Position numbers and translations under genes: made by a program. The notes under the pieces were generated by a model, which saw nothing but the letters and a program-made list of their open reading frames with translations, ran no database searches and was not told the origin of the DNA. From Phallusia mammillata (taxonomy: Eukaryota), in the NCBI GenBank assembly GCA_965637545.1, contig OZ281497.1, positions 25,978,001 through 26,042,000 of the forward strand: 64,000 nt of DNA, written 5' to 3'. How positions within the stretch are numbered: the first letter of the stretch is position 1; each line of letters opens with the position of its first letter. Shown here piece by piece: positions 51,901 through 63,800 of the stretch.

Positions 51901-54900
51901 AGAACAAAAATTATTGAATCAAACAAAAACCAAACAGTCAACAGAGTATTAATCGCATTGGTTTACATACAACACCCAAACTTTCGTAACGCTTATTTCA
52001 GTTGCAGTACACAATCGCAGATTGGTCTGACTACTTTGCATAAAAAATGTCTAAAAAACTAGAAAGGTGGCTTTCTAATATCCTTCCATTTTATATATTC
52101 TATATCGTATTTACCAATTTACTATACATATCATTTGATCTACACATATGATTGTTTTTGCAAGCAAAAATTAATGGGTCCCCACACTCGGTTTTGCGGA
52201 TTTACGGCAAACAAATGTTGCGGTCAATTTTGGACTCTTAAGGACAAATAAGAAAACCACTAATGCAGCTTTTGAAAAGCTTTGTCAGTACACTTTTTGC
52301 ATTATTATTGTCATATAATTACCAAAACAGTAACAAAACAAAGTTTTACTTGACCTATACGAAAAGCACCTTTATCGAGTTTTAATCACGTCTTGAAACT
52401 TTCGACAAAACTAAAAATGTGCGTGATAACCTAATAAAACGACATGACATTGCTGCACAAAAACAACTAATGTTTAATCACCAAAACGACTGTCTCGTAA
52501 ACGTCTGTCCTCACGTCAAACTGAGCTCTCCCGCTCTGCATTAATTTTTTTACATTGTACCAACCAACAAAGCAATAAACTCCGAGATGATGTACTTTAG
52601 TCAGCACTGTCGTTTAAAATAAATACGTTTTAGGGGCCTATGGGTGAACCATTGGGTCATTAGGGGTCAAAGTTCAGGAGGACCAAATTTGGATTAATAG
52701 CTAACATCTTTGCAAGTTTGAATAAATTTGAAGCAGCCTTTCTTGGCCAAATAAGCGTTACAAACCAGCGTTAGACAGAAACGAATATTTTGGGGTTTAA
52801 GCGGGGGGAAATGGGTGAATCCTATTATAAGTTACAAAATTCTTTAGAAAACTTTGCATTGCGAAAACCAACAAAACATGAAACTCCTTGATGATGTACT
52901 TTAGTCAGTACAGCCGTTTTAAAAGTTTTTGGGCCTGTGGGCAGCAGGGGCGTATCTAGAAATTTTTAAAGGGGGTGTCCAACACTTTATTTTAGGGAAT
53001 TTCCCTAATGACGCTCCATGACGTCGCGACATCAGTTTGGAAATTTTCTCACACAAATGTGTTAGACCGCACTTGCCGAAAGTACAAGATCGAAACCCGG
53101 TCCAACTTTACACTTAGCGGTTTCTCTACTGGACCACTTGACAGAAAGAAAAATCAATTTTAGCAATAGCTTTGTAGTTTCCTGATTTCGCCGCTGCTAT
53201 CTAACTTACTCAGCAAAACTGCAGCTGCAAGAGAAGGGTGACTATCACGTAATCAAAATCGTTGCATAAACAAATGGGAAAAACATCTAAAAGACTGAAC
53301 GCCTGTCTGAAAAGTCAATCCAACTGTTAAGTTGCGCAATGTCACGAATGCACTGAAGTTGGTAACTGCAGAAGGCATGAATTGTGCCTGGCAAGTTACA
53401 AATTACGTAGCATACGTCCTCTTTTGGGAGACATGTCCTCCTATTTAACAATAACCAAGTTGACCTCCTAGGACAAGAAAAAGTGCCCAAATGTCCTCCT
53501 TTCTAAAGATTTTGTTTTAAATACCGAAAACATAAGTAACAATTATGCCTTTGAAAACAGCCAAATATACATCTTCAGATGATTTTTCAAAGAATACGGG
53601 TGAATTTTACATTTTTTGAGAATGCAAGCTTATTTTAGTGTAGTGATGTGATAAATGTCAAACTTAATTCAAACTTTAATTTAATACCGTCTAATTTTTA
53701 AAGCTTTTATATTTTAGGGGCCCGTAAAGTATGTTTTCATGTGTCTCAAACACTTAAAATGTAAATGTGGCGAGCATCTAAAACAGTAGTGTACAACTCG
53801 TGACTGTGGTCAAAATGTTAGCTTAATTAGAAGCTATTTGATATAATCTGTTCATTTCACAGCAATAAATATTTGTGTCGCGTTATTGTAGTACAACTCA
53901 AAAAGCAAAGGTTTTGAATATTCAGATTGGTTGGTTACAGTAGTGTTACCCAACCTCACTTGGCTTATGGATAGTTAAACAAGACCAAAAAACTATGCGA
54001 CACCCAAGTAGCTAATTCACAATCGATACCAACAAACGCTGTGTACAGACACATGGGATAAATAACTAATTTTGGTTATTTCATTCAATAAATCAATAAA
54101 CTTTAACATAGTGTTCTAGTTTCACTTGTTTCTGTTAGGAAAAAAATCATGTAAGAAAATAAAAATAATGGACCATTTTACGATTCCAAAAAAATCTGCT
54201 TACGAACAAAGAGGCAAATATGTTTAAATCAAAAAATTTATTTCGACAAAACACTCGGAAAAATAATGTTTTGTCGAGGCATATACTCTGTAAAGTAAAT
54301 TAGAGTAAAATGTCGCTAAACGTTGTCTTATATCTAACAATATCGAAGTAACAAAACATTGTAAAAGTGGTTGGCAGCGCTTCTAAACATACAAATGGCA
54401 CCCCAGGGGGAAAAATCAAACTAAACGCTAAATGCGTATCCTGTACGTAATAAAATGTTATGAACCACGTAATCCTTTAAAATTTTCACTAACTATTTCT
54501 TGTAATTTTTCACCTACACATAATCAGTTACTTACAGGCGTTTTCAGTTGCAATACAGAATCGCAGAGTTTTCCGGCTCCTTCACTTCCGATGTCACATC
54601 CCCACAGCACCAGCTTTTCGATTTTATGAACGCTACGGGCCAATGAATATGCACCCAGATCACCGATCTTGTTGTCGGAGAGGACAAGTGCTTTCAGCTA
54701 ATGTTAAATTAACAAAAAGCACATGTTAACACATAACAACAAAAGCAGACATGGAAACTCGCACATTATCACAGTGGCCAGTTCTGACCTTCTATGAATA
54801 TATGCGCTTGCTATCATCTTTCAAATATTTGTAACGTGTATAACCAGCCATAGCTGACATTCTCTTAGGCAACACGCATATTTCAGTAAAACGAATTACC

Positions 54901-57705
54901 ACCAGCCAAAATTTGCACCCACATCTTTTAGCGCAAGCTGTCAGGAAAATAAATTCCAATGTTTCAAAAAATTACTGTAAACAAATCGTAACGCTGTAAC
55001 CTGTGACGTCACACATCCTTTTATCGTTGCAATAAAACGAACAACTATAAATATTAGCCCATTAGCAACTGCCGTAAATCGTGTTCTAATCAGTAACTAT
55101 TTTTAAGTACTTCCTGTCTAGTTCAACAATTTAAATCATCCTGATAGTTACATCCATTTTGTTTGAACAAAACCATGTTGTCAACTTTTACATTCTCCTA
55201 ATAATAACATTGTATTGGCAGCGGAATTTAAACCACAGTAATACCGGGTTGGCTCTGTGTTGAAGAACGAAGGAAAGGTTTTCGACGTCATCAGGAAAAA
55301 GAGATGAATCACTGAGGTCAAACATATCAGGAAGTATGGAAGCAACAGACGAAGTAATTTCTCGATCATTCATCTCATGAGCCCAGCTACACACTCGCTT
55401 TATATTTGTTGTGCTCATTCCAGTCAAGAATCCGGTCAGCCAGAACTTCTTGAGTGACCAATCTTTACTGGGACTTGCATCGACAAGGGTTTCAAGTCTA
55501 TTGAAAACCGAAGAGTCGCAGATGCCGAAGATAAACTTGGAAACAACTTCCCATCTGTCCTTGGTTAGTTGTTTCTGTTGCTTTTTAAATTCCTCAAAGG
55601 GCATGATGATCATCATGTAGAAGGCAGCAAAAAATTCCTGCCAGGTGTTGTGAGAAAAGTATCTTACTTTGTGTCCTTCTAATACCGTCAGCTTGATATT
55701 TACTTGCTTCGTTACGGATGTGTTGAGGAAGGCGTCGGCTGTGGAAGGTTTTATTCCAGCTCTTTTAAAGTCCTTGTCTTTAAATACCAACTTGCCCTCA
55801 AGAAATGCATCCCAGGCCATTTTGGCCAGTTTGTCTAACTCGCATTCTTGGCCTTTCAGATGATCTGTTGTTACGTATTGGCTACAAGTGAAAGCAAAAA
55901 CTCGCGTGAGAGAAACAAGCTGAATATCTCCATCGTAATTCACCAGGTAGTTGAGTGTCAATATGAAATTGACAGGAACATAACAGTATGCAAATACATT
56001 AGGGTTTTGGGTCAGTTTCTGATGTATCTCATTATATTTTTTGCCACATAGCTGACGTCCAAGTTCATTCTGTGATGTTGGAGTTAAACCAAGTATCTGG
56101 ACTATAAACTTGGGTCGGTATGATGGATGGAGCTTGTATAGTTGAGCTGGTCGTGATGTAAAAATTTTTCGAGCTCGTTGAAGTAAGTTTCCTCCTGCCA
56201 AATGCTTCAAGTAACTTTCTGCAGAATTTTTTCCATGTAATAGAGGTTTCGGAACCGAACTGGAAAATGATTTAAATGCTGCCTCATCTAAACCATCGAA
56301 AATTATCAAAACATGAGGATCACTGCAAATGGCAGCGAGTATAATGCTTTCCTGGTTAGGTGTGCAGTTCCAATCCAATAACATCGTGGAAATGAGAAAC
56401 TGAAGTAGTGTCATTTTTGCAGTGAAGTTGAGGAGCCTGATCGCAATGTAAAACACAAACGATACCCTTCCACACAATTGTCCATCTAACGCTTGGAGGG
56501 CCCACTTTTTGGCTGATGTGGTTTTTCCTATTCCAGCTTGCCCAACCACACCAACTACATTTCCATGTTTTTCAATGTAGTTTTGTTTTGCGTCACGTTT
56601 ATGCTCTTTGAACTTCTTCTTCGCCTCTTGTTGTGCAATCTGTTTTGCGCAATCGAGCATTTCTTCACCGGTAATGTCACTTTCTGGTGTTTTGTAAAGC
56701 TCCTCCCTGCGGTTATAATGTCCTTCTGCTAGAAACTCGTCGCCGATTTGCTGTGGTTTGTTGATCATGGCAACGTGGACGGGTTCTATAGCTTGTTCTA
56801 AAAACTCAGCTAGAGTCGATTCTTCACTGGCGATGGCTTTGACTTCTCTCTTTAGCAGAGATTTCAGTTCTTCACCTAAACAAGATACATTTTGTAAAAA
56901 AATGATAGCATCACGCCAGTTTGAGTTATGACATATTATTCGGCAGTAGATTTATTTGTATTTTAACTAATTCCAAACAAAACCTGTCCTCACATTTTTC
57001 ATTTTCAGTGGCTTGTGTTGTTTGCTGATTTTCATTTGGTAAAGCATGGGCGGCTGTAGATCTACTACCCGCTGCCCTATGTTGTGTTGCTGTAGGACCT
57101 TGTGTTTCTAATTCTGCGTCCAGAAATGAAGTCGACTGGCTGCGGCATGTATGTGGTTGATGTGATGTGGCCGGAGTTTCATCAAATGACTTGGGAGAGG
57201 TTTCTTCCTCGAAAGCAACTGGTGCAGGTGGTTGTGTTGAAGTGTGAGGTTGTTCATGTATATGCTGAACCGTTTGTGGTTGCTGAACAAAGGTATAATA
57301 GTTGTGTTGATGAAGTTCTACTGGTGCGTTGTACACTGGTCCAGTTGTGTGGATGATGGTGTCTCCGAAATGTGGCGTCTCTGCTTTATCCTGCAAAACA
57401 AACAAACGTTTAACACCAACAGAAACTCTGTGTCTCTTATTACTTACAATATTTATAACTTTTTTTTCTTGATCGACTGGACACAATTGAGCTGGATGTG
57501 GTTGGGGGACAACATCTGTTGATTGTTGTGGGTGTGGAACAACTTCACCAGATTGTTGGTAACCTTGTGGCAGTCTAGGGTGAAGTTCATGGTCACCCGA
57601 TTCTTGTAGCAAGTTTGGTCGGTCACGTGAATGTTGGGCAATAGTAGGATTGGAACTTTCATTTCGAGGTAGGTTTTCCATATTTTCTAAAATGCTTACA
57701 GACAT
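39511..57705 (-). CDS. NLR-C: NACHT-LRR protein (5 coding exons, ~935 aa)
   Basis: Exons 56994-57705, 55245-56875, 54536-54697, 50446-50607 and 39511-39651 total 2808 nt in phase. Motifs GQAGIGKTT, LIIFDGLDE, FTSRP and FSHNTWQEFFAA; LRR exons LKALVLSDNKIG..., LKILDLSRNKIG... and MEFLDLSSNNL...IRS*. The start codon and the link across the 10.8-kb last intron are inferred. Confidence 0.8.
40057..42500 (-). mobile_element. Penelope-like retroelement (RT plus GIY-YIG), degenerate and 5'-truncated
   Basis: Frameshifted RT motifs ILPADKGNCTVII, YKRLK/SDPT, IPLRPIVS, MVSYDVVSLFASVPV, YVDDIF and YHKPTSTGRYLNFRSHHP, then the GIY-YIG motif GVIYSVPCAECPLIYIGETGRSLNTRRKEH. Confidence 0.95.
41702..42121. 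mobile_element. Non-autonomous hAT MITE nested in the Penelope RT, 420 bp
   Basis: TIRs CAGCGGTTCCCAAACT / AGTTTGGGAACCACTG and perfect 8-bp TSD CTTTAAAC; removing it restores TYKRLKSDPT. Confidence 0.95.
42505..42850 (+). mobile_element. Inverted pseudo-LTR (3' end copy) of the Penelope-like element
   Basis: Reverse complement of ~32615-32960 and ~40060-40375; inverted pLTRs are typical of Penelope-like elements. Confidence 0.9.
42797..42848 (+). ncRNA. Minimal type I hammerhead ribozyme (Penelope pLTR)
   Basis: ttatt-ta-cc CTGATGA a gacg-a-cct-gtat-agg-a-cgtc GAAA cgTC gg-aataa: intact core, stem II, palindromic ACGT stem III; predicted cleavage after C42841. Confidence 0.85.
43930..45389 (-). 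mobile_element. Ty3/Gypsy (Mag-like) LTR retrotransposon, 5' part, degenerate
   Basis: Gag KLPTFWAEQPRIWFQQTEAQF...YYYVVASLD, knuckle CFYHDRFCEKAIKCQKPC, protease FLVDTGxEISVYP, RT start HHILTTGP...MLDMGIIRRS...ASPLHIVPK...WRPCGD; then truncated, with stops and frameshifts. Confidence 0.95.
45246..45389 (-). repeat. 5' LTR (144 bp) of the Gypsy element
   Basis: Minus strand TGTGG...CTACA with an internal AATAAA, followed after a few nucleotides by a primer-binding site TGGTGACC (45242-45235). Confidence 0.75.
52060..52940. repeat. Interspersed repeat block also present at ~43460-43720 and ~45830-46080
   Basis: Shared strings ggtggcttt...ttccattttatatattctatatc...aatgggtccccacac and ccaaccaacaaagca...atgatgtactttagtcagcac. 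Confidence 0.7.
52995..53005. promoter_or_regulatory. NF-kB consensus site inside a MITE-like sequence in an NLR-C intron
   Basis: GGGAATTTCCC about 50 bp after a hAT-like start CAGGGGCGTATCTAG. Sequence match only. Confidence 0.3.
55245..56875 (-). CDS. NACHT-domain exon of NLR-C
   Basis: Lies in the frame of ORF 55188-56768. Acceptor gtttag|gtgaag, donor AACCCG|gtatta; clearly paralogous to the NLR-A NACHT exon. Confidence 0.93.
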
Positions 57706-57763
57706 AGAATCATTAAACGTGATGAAAAACCCTGTATTTATTTTTAGCAAACCAATTCTACAT

Positions 57764-57855
57764 AAAACAACATATGTGAGCAACGACACAAACGTAAAAA
57801 AACATAGCGTTTGAGTTAATAATATATGTTAACAAAAACATTTTCACAACGCACA
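57764..57855 (+). repeat. ~92-bp direct repeat, copy 1 (copy 2 at 59861-59953)
   Basis: aaaacaacat.tgtgagcaacgacacaaa.gtaaaaaaacatagcgtttgagttaataatatatgttaacaaaaacattttcacaacgcaca occurs twice, ~2.1 kb apart. Confidence 0.92.
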
Positions 57856-60800
57856 GAGAACAACGTCACTTGGGTAGAGCACACATAACAAATACAAGTT
57901 TCAATAAGTTACATTAACAAATAAAATTAAACATTTACGAGGGATCAGTTGTATTTAATTATAGGACAGTGTGCTTTGTAAAAAGTTTTTATATCGTAAT
58001 AATAGCAAACCAATTCTTGACACCATCACCAGCTCTAGGTAACAAGTATAGAGTCGAAGAAACATTGATTATAAAATATATTTGGGCATGAAAATTGATA
58101 TATTTATAAATTGACTAATTAAATTATGCAGTTTGCTGTAGGCTGTATAAAACACAAAAGTGGCAAAAGATCTCATGGAAGATGTATTTAAGCTGTTTTT
58201 GCCCAGAAGAACATGAACTAAATTATCAAGGTGCAGCAGGAACAGGCCAGAAAAGAAATGCCGTCCGATTTTTTTTCTTTTTCTGATAAACGTTAGATTC
58301 TTAACTTGCTGGTATTTCTGCGATTCACGTTGTCGCCGCGCCCGTTTCGTAAACATGGTAAAAACGCTGATATCATTTGCCAAAGACGAAGCAAGCCCTC
58401 GTAAATAACGTCAACGGATGCCGCATGACACTTCTTAATGCCCGTCTTTACTGCTAAAAGTTTGTTGAGACACTGAAGCGTAGGCCAATTTCCCGACCTG
58501 CCGATTATAAGGTTTGAGGCAAAAAAATAGCGCTTTGAAAGTGGCGATCTGTTTTTTTTTTTGACAATGAAATAACACTTTACACAACACGCATATAAAA
58601 CAGTTTCTATTCACACACTTTTTCATGCTAGTATTAATGCAAGTGGCACTTGCATTGCACTATATTTTTTACGAACATGTTATGTTGTACATGTCAGATT
58701 ATAGTTTGCAATAGGAAGAGTTCGTATACGATGGTTAACGAAGCCACCAGCACATGAGTCAAATATCGTAAATAACGAAACCGCTCGGCGTGAAAAATAA
58801 GTGAGGAAATACTTTGCACACGTTTTGTTTCATCATAACGTCCACTTGTTGACACATAACGTTTTACGGAAAGTGGGCATATTTCAAACAAAAAGTGGAC
58901 ATATTTATATTCAAACACGATAAGCAACAAAGCGAGTTATGAACCGAGATTTTATGGCTTATATGGTTTGATTGTAGCTTCTACTAAAAAGGTTTTCGAC
59001 CCCGGTTTACAATGTCACCGCGACCGCTTTTCAAATATTGCCACCACTCGTCGCCCAACAATGCAAACAGTTACAAAGCAATCGAGTTTTTGAACACAAG
59101 CGAGGTAAGCAACCTTAAAACAACGTCGATTGATTGTTGAATTCAGTTGAATTCAGTTTTTTAGTACAAAAGAAGAATTTTGGCAATAAAAGGAGATTCG
59201 ACACAGGTTGAGGCGTCGCCTTTTATGGCCGCATGCTATAAAGTTTTCTTGCTCTTGGTTTACTACAACACGATCCGTTATTCCAAGAGCGAGACTGCTT
59301 GTCGGACGATCGTGACGACAACGCAATGAAACATCTCATACTTCCACAAGCCGTTTTACCTGCAAACATGGCGATGTTAGAATCTCACAAAAAACAGCCG
59401 AAACATTTTGTTCCTATTGCCCACAAGTTTCACTTTAGCCTGCGCTCAAAAGGTTTCTGAACTCAGATTTACGATGCCATCGCAACTGTTTCCAAACAGT
59501 TTTCTCCGCACTTATGTAAGGAGCAATGAGACTTGACATTACAGGTCATACTTTTGCAAAACAACGCCATTTTCGGATCAAAGTTTACTGATACATTGGC
59601 CCTCTTACCTCACGTTTTCAACCTGGTTATTGAAACGCAGAACAATTTAACATAATTTCACATATTTACATGTTGTGTGTTTAGATTGCGGTGATGGCAT
59701 TAGAACAGTTAAATTTATTTTGCGAAAAATCGATAATAACTTGGTATACATAACTTGTAAAAAAAACGTTATTGTCCAAAAATGTAATATAATAAAAGTT
59801 CTCAACTCGGTAAAAACTCAAAACACCCAAACAGACTTGTCCTTTTGAGTCGAAACGTGGAAAACAACATCTGTGAGCAACGACACAAAGGTAAAAAAAA
59901 CATAGCGTTTGAGTTAATAATATATGTTAACAAAAACATTTTCACAACGCACAAATATTCATAACTTAGTAACTGTGAAAGTATTAACCAAGCAAAATAG
60001 AAACAAGCTCAGACTTTTCAAACTAAGTTTATACCATGTACAACACAAGAACGACAATTTCCAAAGAAACAATTAATGTTTTGTCATTTACATGTAAACA
60101 CTGCTATATGAGTCACGTTAAGTCACGCATCACGTTAATCCTTCTGTCCGCATAACAAACTTAATCACAACTGCAACACTATCCTTGTTTTGTTAAATAA
60201 AGCAATTTACAAAAAACTTACTGGTTGCGGTCAAGAACGCAGCGAAATAATGTTACTTTCTGCTTGACATGTTAAACCCTAAGTCAGACAACGAACATGA
60301 AAACACAGCTGAATGACATGCGACCTGCTGAGACTCAGAGGTAGAGAACCAATCACAGTACAGTTTCACCTGATTTAACTTGCTGAAAGCCGAGCGTCTT
60401 AGCTAATATATTCATAGCATTTGATCAACCGTTCCTTATAAAAGCAAGAAGTAATAGTAATCAAACCCTTACAAAGACTTTCTTATTTGCGTAAATCAAA
60501 AAAAGTCCAGCTTTTGTGCTAAAATTCTATTTAACAAACATAAGTTATTGTTCTTAAAACGATTTGATAAAAACGACTGTTATCACGAGGCATGGCGCTG
60601 GGTGCTGATAAAACTAAGACCTCGAATTAGTTTGAGACGCAAAACAATCGTCAGCAAGCAAGACAAAATATGCAAGCTAAATTTGACTATTTTCCCCCAT
60701 ATTTTGAAACAAAATCTCTGAAATCTTTACGTTTAAAGAACTTAAAGTAACCCGGAAGTGGTGTAATATTACTCTCAGCGTCCCGGATGCGCCATGATTC

Positions 60801-61316
60801 GTGATGTCACACAAGTCACACAATCGAGACATCAAGTGTATCATGTCTCAGCTTCCAGTAAACGCCGTTTGTTGAAAACAAAACTTTTCAACATCATGTC
60901 GCGCAAATACGATTTTAACGACAACACTATGATGTTATGATCGGTTCTGGCCGCAATTCTCATTAGAATAACAACACAAACGCGTGTAGAAGAGAAGACG
61001 TTACCCAATTCAGTAAAATTCTAACGTTTAACGCTGCATTTATCAAAAAAAACAGCGCTTTAGTCCCGCCAAGCGGTAAAACTTGAATACAAATGAGATC
61101 ACAACTCGTGATAAGCGATGAAGCGTCTTTACGCATCACGAAGGATGCGGAAGTAAAAACGCACTCAAGCGTGTCAGTAGCGCGAATAATCAAGGGTGGT
61201 TTTGTTCATTCCAAAGGTAGAACTACTAACACTGTAATTTGGCTGGGCCCTGGTTAAATATTGTTCGATAGGTGGCGCAACGGAGCATATGCGTTTATGG
61301 TGCCATAAACCCAAAT

Positions 61317-61329
61317 TGCTGAGTCAGCA
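61317..61329. promoter_or_regulatory. Perfect Maf recognition element (T-MARE)
   Basis: TGCTGAGTCAGCA, a 13 of 13 match to TGCTGA(G/C)TCAGCA. Confidence 0.4.
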
Positions 61330-62787
61330 TGAAGAACCTGTCAGCTGATGTAAAAAGGCACAACACCCCTAAGAACTGGTCTGAAATGAAAGGATAGAAA
61401 AAGTGGACTCTGCGCACAGTTTTGTTGATGAAAGAGGGAAAACGTCAGAGAAATATCACACTTCCGCTTAACGGTTATAATACTTCGATCTAAAATTAAA
61501 CCATAACTTGACTAAAAAACAGAGTCGGTGCATTAGGTAGCGAATCGGTTGTTCGTCTGCTTCGTTTGTTAAGTTTCTGAAAAACGTTGGTACCGCCATC
61601 GTCCCTGCGAGCGCGATGTAAAAGTACACAAGCATGCCTCAACTAACTGCCCTGTATACAACTGGCCGTAAATTAGCCTAGAAAAGCAGAAGGTGATTCT
61701 GTCGTGTTTTACAACCACCCAAATTGTCACGGCCCCATAATGACTTGGTGGCCGGGTCAATCAGGAATACGGAATTAAAGTAAGTAATAAGTTAGTTATA
61801 GCCTAAATCCACAAATAAACTTGGGCTTAATCAGCAAAATGGGAAATTTGGGTCATTTGATTCACCAAAATTTGAAGCAAAAACATTACATTGCGATTAA
61901 CAGGAGTTATTACATCACATGCTTGATATCCAATTCGAGGCCTCTTTATAGAAAAAAAAAACTTGAGCTGGATGTACAAGCATGGATAAAACAAGATGGT
62001 CAAAACCCAACAAAAATCCACAACATCCCTTAACTTCACAGTTAGCATAGGCGCAGCAACATATTTAAATAGGACAGAACGTTTTAAGGCGTACTCAACT
62101 CAACAACATCGCGTTACTGTCCCTTGCCCTCCGAGTACCCCGAAAGGACCCAAATGTTTTGCGGAATCGCAGAAACAACAGAAAAAATTAACAACAGTTT
62201 GCGCCCTACCAGGGTGGCTCACGAAACTTTTCAGGCTATATAAAAGCCGGTCCCCCCTGGCCCAAAATTTTATGTCTCCGAGTAATTTTACAAAGCAACA
62301 GTGCTTCCTAACTGGAATCAGTCAACACATAATGTTACACAATATTCATTTCGCCCATGTGGGCATTATTAGTCGTCCTACAAACAACGAGCGTAGAGGT
62401 AAAAACAAAATCAAGTATTAAAACCAAAACACAAAAGTAAACAAGAACCTGCTACAAGCGCATACTTTTTTGTGCCATTTCAGTTCTGTTGGTTCAAAAA
62501 ATAAAATAAAACTCCGGTTTTGGGTGGTTCTGTCTCCTATCGAGCATCAAACCGGTTAAAGCAGCATTCACCTTGGACACAGCGAAACAAAAAATTGCGA
62601 CAAACATAACACAAAAGAATGCACAAAGAAGAACTGCAATATATATTAAAAGTTTTATACACCTCATATATTTACTGCATTAATCGAGAAATTTTTGGCA
62701 ATATAATCACTTGAATATATAAAACACGTTGTACACAGTTGCAAGGTTTTTTCAACGAAAGCCGAATGACGGTAGTTCATCATAACG

Positions 62788-63800
62788 TCACGGGTTGTTG
62801 TCGTCACCGTTAATATCGAAGTGTGACATAATTGCTGACATCATGCCTTTTAGGGACTCCACCTTTTCATCTAGAGACTGAACCCGCTTTTCAAGCTTGT
62901 CGCGGTCGTTCTAAACAAATTCAACATGAATAAGCGAAAAAGTAACTCAAGCGCACCACTAATGGCGATAATAACTTCTTTACCGTTTTATTGTAAGTCG
63001 CTTGAATAAGATTTTGTTTGATATTTTGAAGTTGGAGACTGCAATTTAGTTTAACCGTTTTTGGAACTAATATAACTACTCAGAGCAATGCCCCTCAAGT
63101 TTCTTGCTCAGGGAGACACAAGTTCCCGAGACAGGAATAAAACCCACAACCTGGTGAAAACAATGTGGCTACTTTTACCAATCATCTTAGCGGTTTTACT
63201 GGGTTTTGTGATATACCAAGCAAAATAATGCCCTAGTAGTTCTTTAAAACTGTTTTATCAAATTGAAATGGTCCAACAGACAATATGAATTCTCTTCTTA
63301 CCTTTTCAGGATTAAAAGCTTCACTGACGGTTGATGTGTTCAGGTTTTCTTCCGAGTGCCACCATCGTATAAAAGCCGATCTTCTTTGGTGGGAATTCGG
63401 GTAAAACTCACGATATTTCCGCATAAATCGACGTCGTATAAACTGTGGTAAGGTGTACTGGATATCTAGGGTTAGTTTCACCTGAAAAACAGAAGTTCCT
63501 TGGTTCAAATCTCCGCTTGAGCGCAAATGAAAAAAGATCATTTGCAAAAAAGAATCAGATCAGCAATTTAGTATTAATACCTAAATAAACCTGTAAGGCA
63601 ATGTCAACGTATGCAAAGTAATGCAGTGTCAATGTATTTCAGGGCGTTGCCGCCAAAAGGGGTTGGTTCTAATTTTGCATGATTTTAATCCAGAACCGTA
63701 TAGTTTTCCTTTTTTTAATTTACCAATTACCGAGCATTGCCAAACTTTCCAGTTCAGCGTTTTGTTGGACACCTTTTATGTCGTCGACAGCAAGACCGAC
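62788..63800 (-). CDS. TRPA1-like channel, 3' exons (TRP-like helix and coiled coil); possibly frameshifted
   Basis: Exon 63731-63800 reads VGLAVDDIKGVQQNAELESLAML, matching the TRPA1 post-S6 pattern GLAVxDI...A.L...AMQV. Exon 63302-63481 reads VKLTLDIQYTLPQFIRRRF...YPN...FNPEK. Candidate exon 62984-63038. Last exon 62788-62910 reads NDRDKLEKRVQSLDEKVESLKGMMSAIMSHFDINGDDNNP*. Upstream exons lie beyond the window. Confidence 0.8.
63085..63200 (-). mobile_element. Degenerate SINE-like fragment
   Basis: Minus strand ggttgtgggttttattcc...ttgtgtctccctgagcaagaaactt resembles a decayed B-box plus CORE-like SINE segment. Confidence 0.35.
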
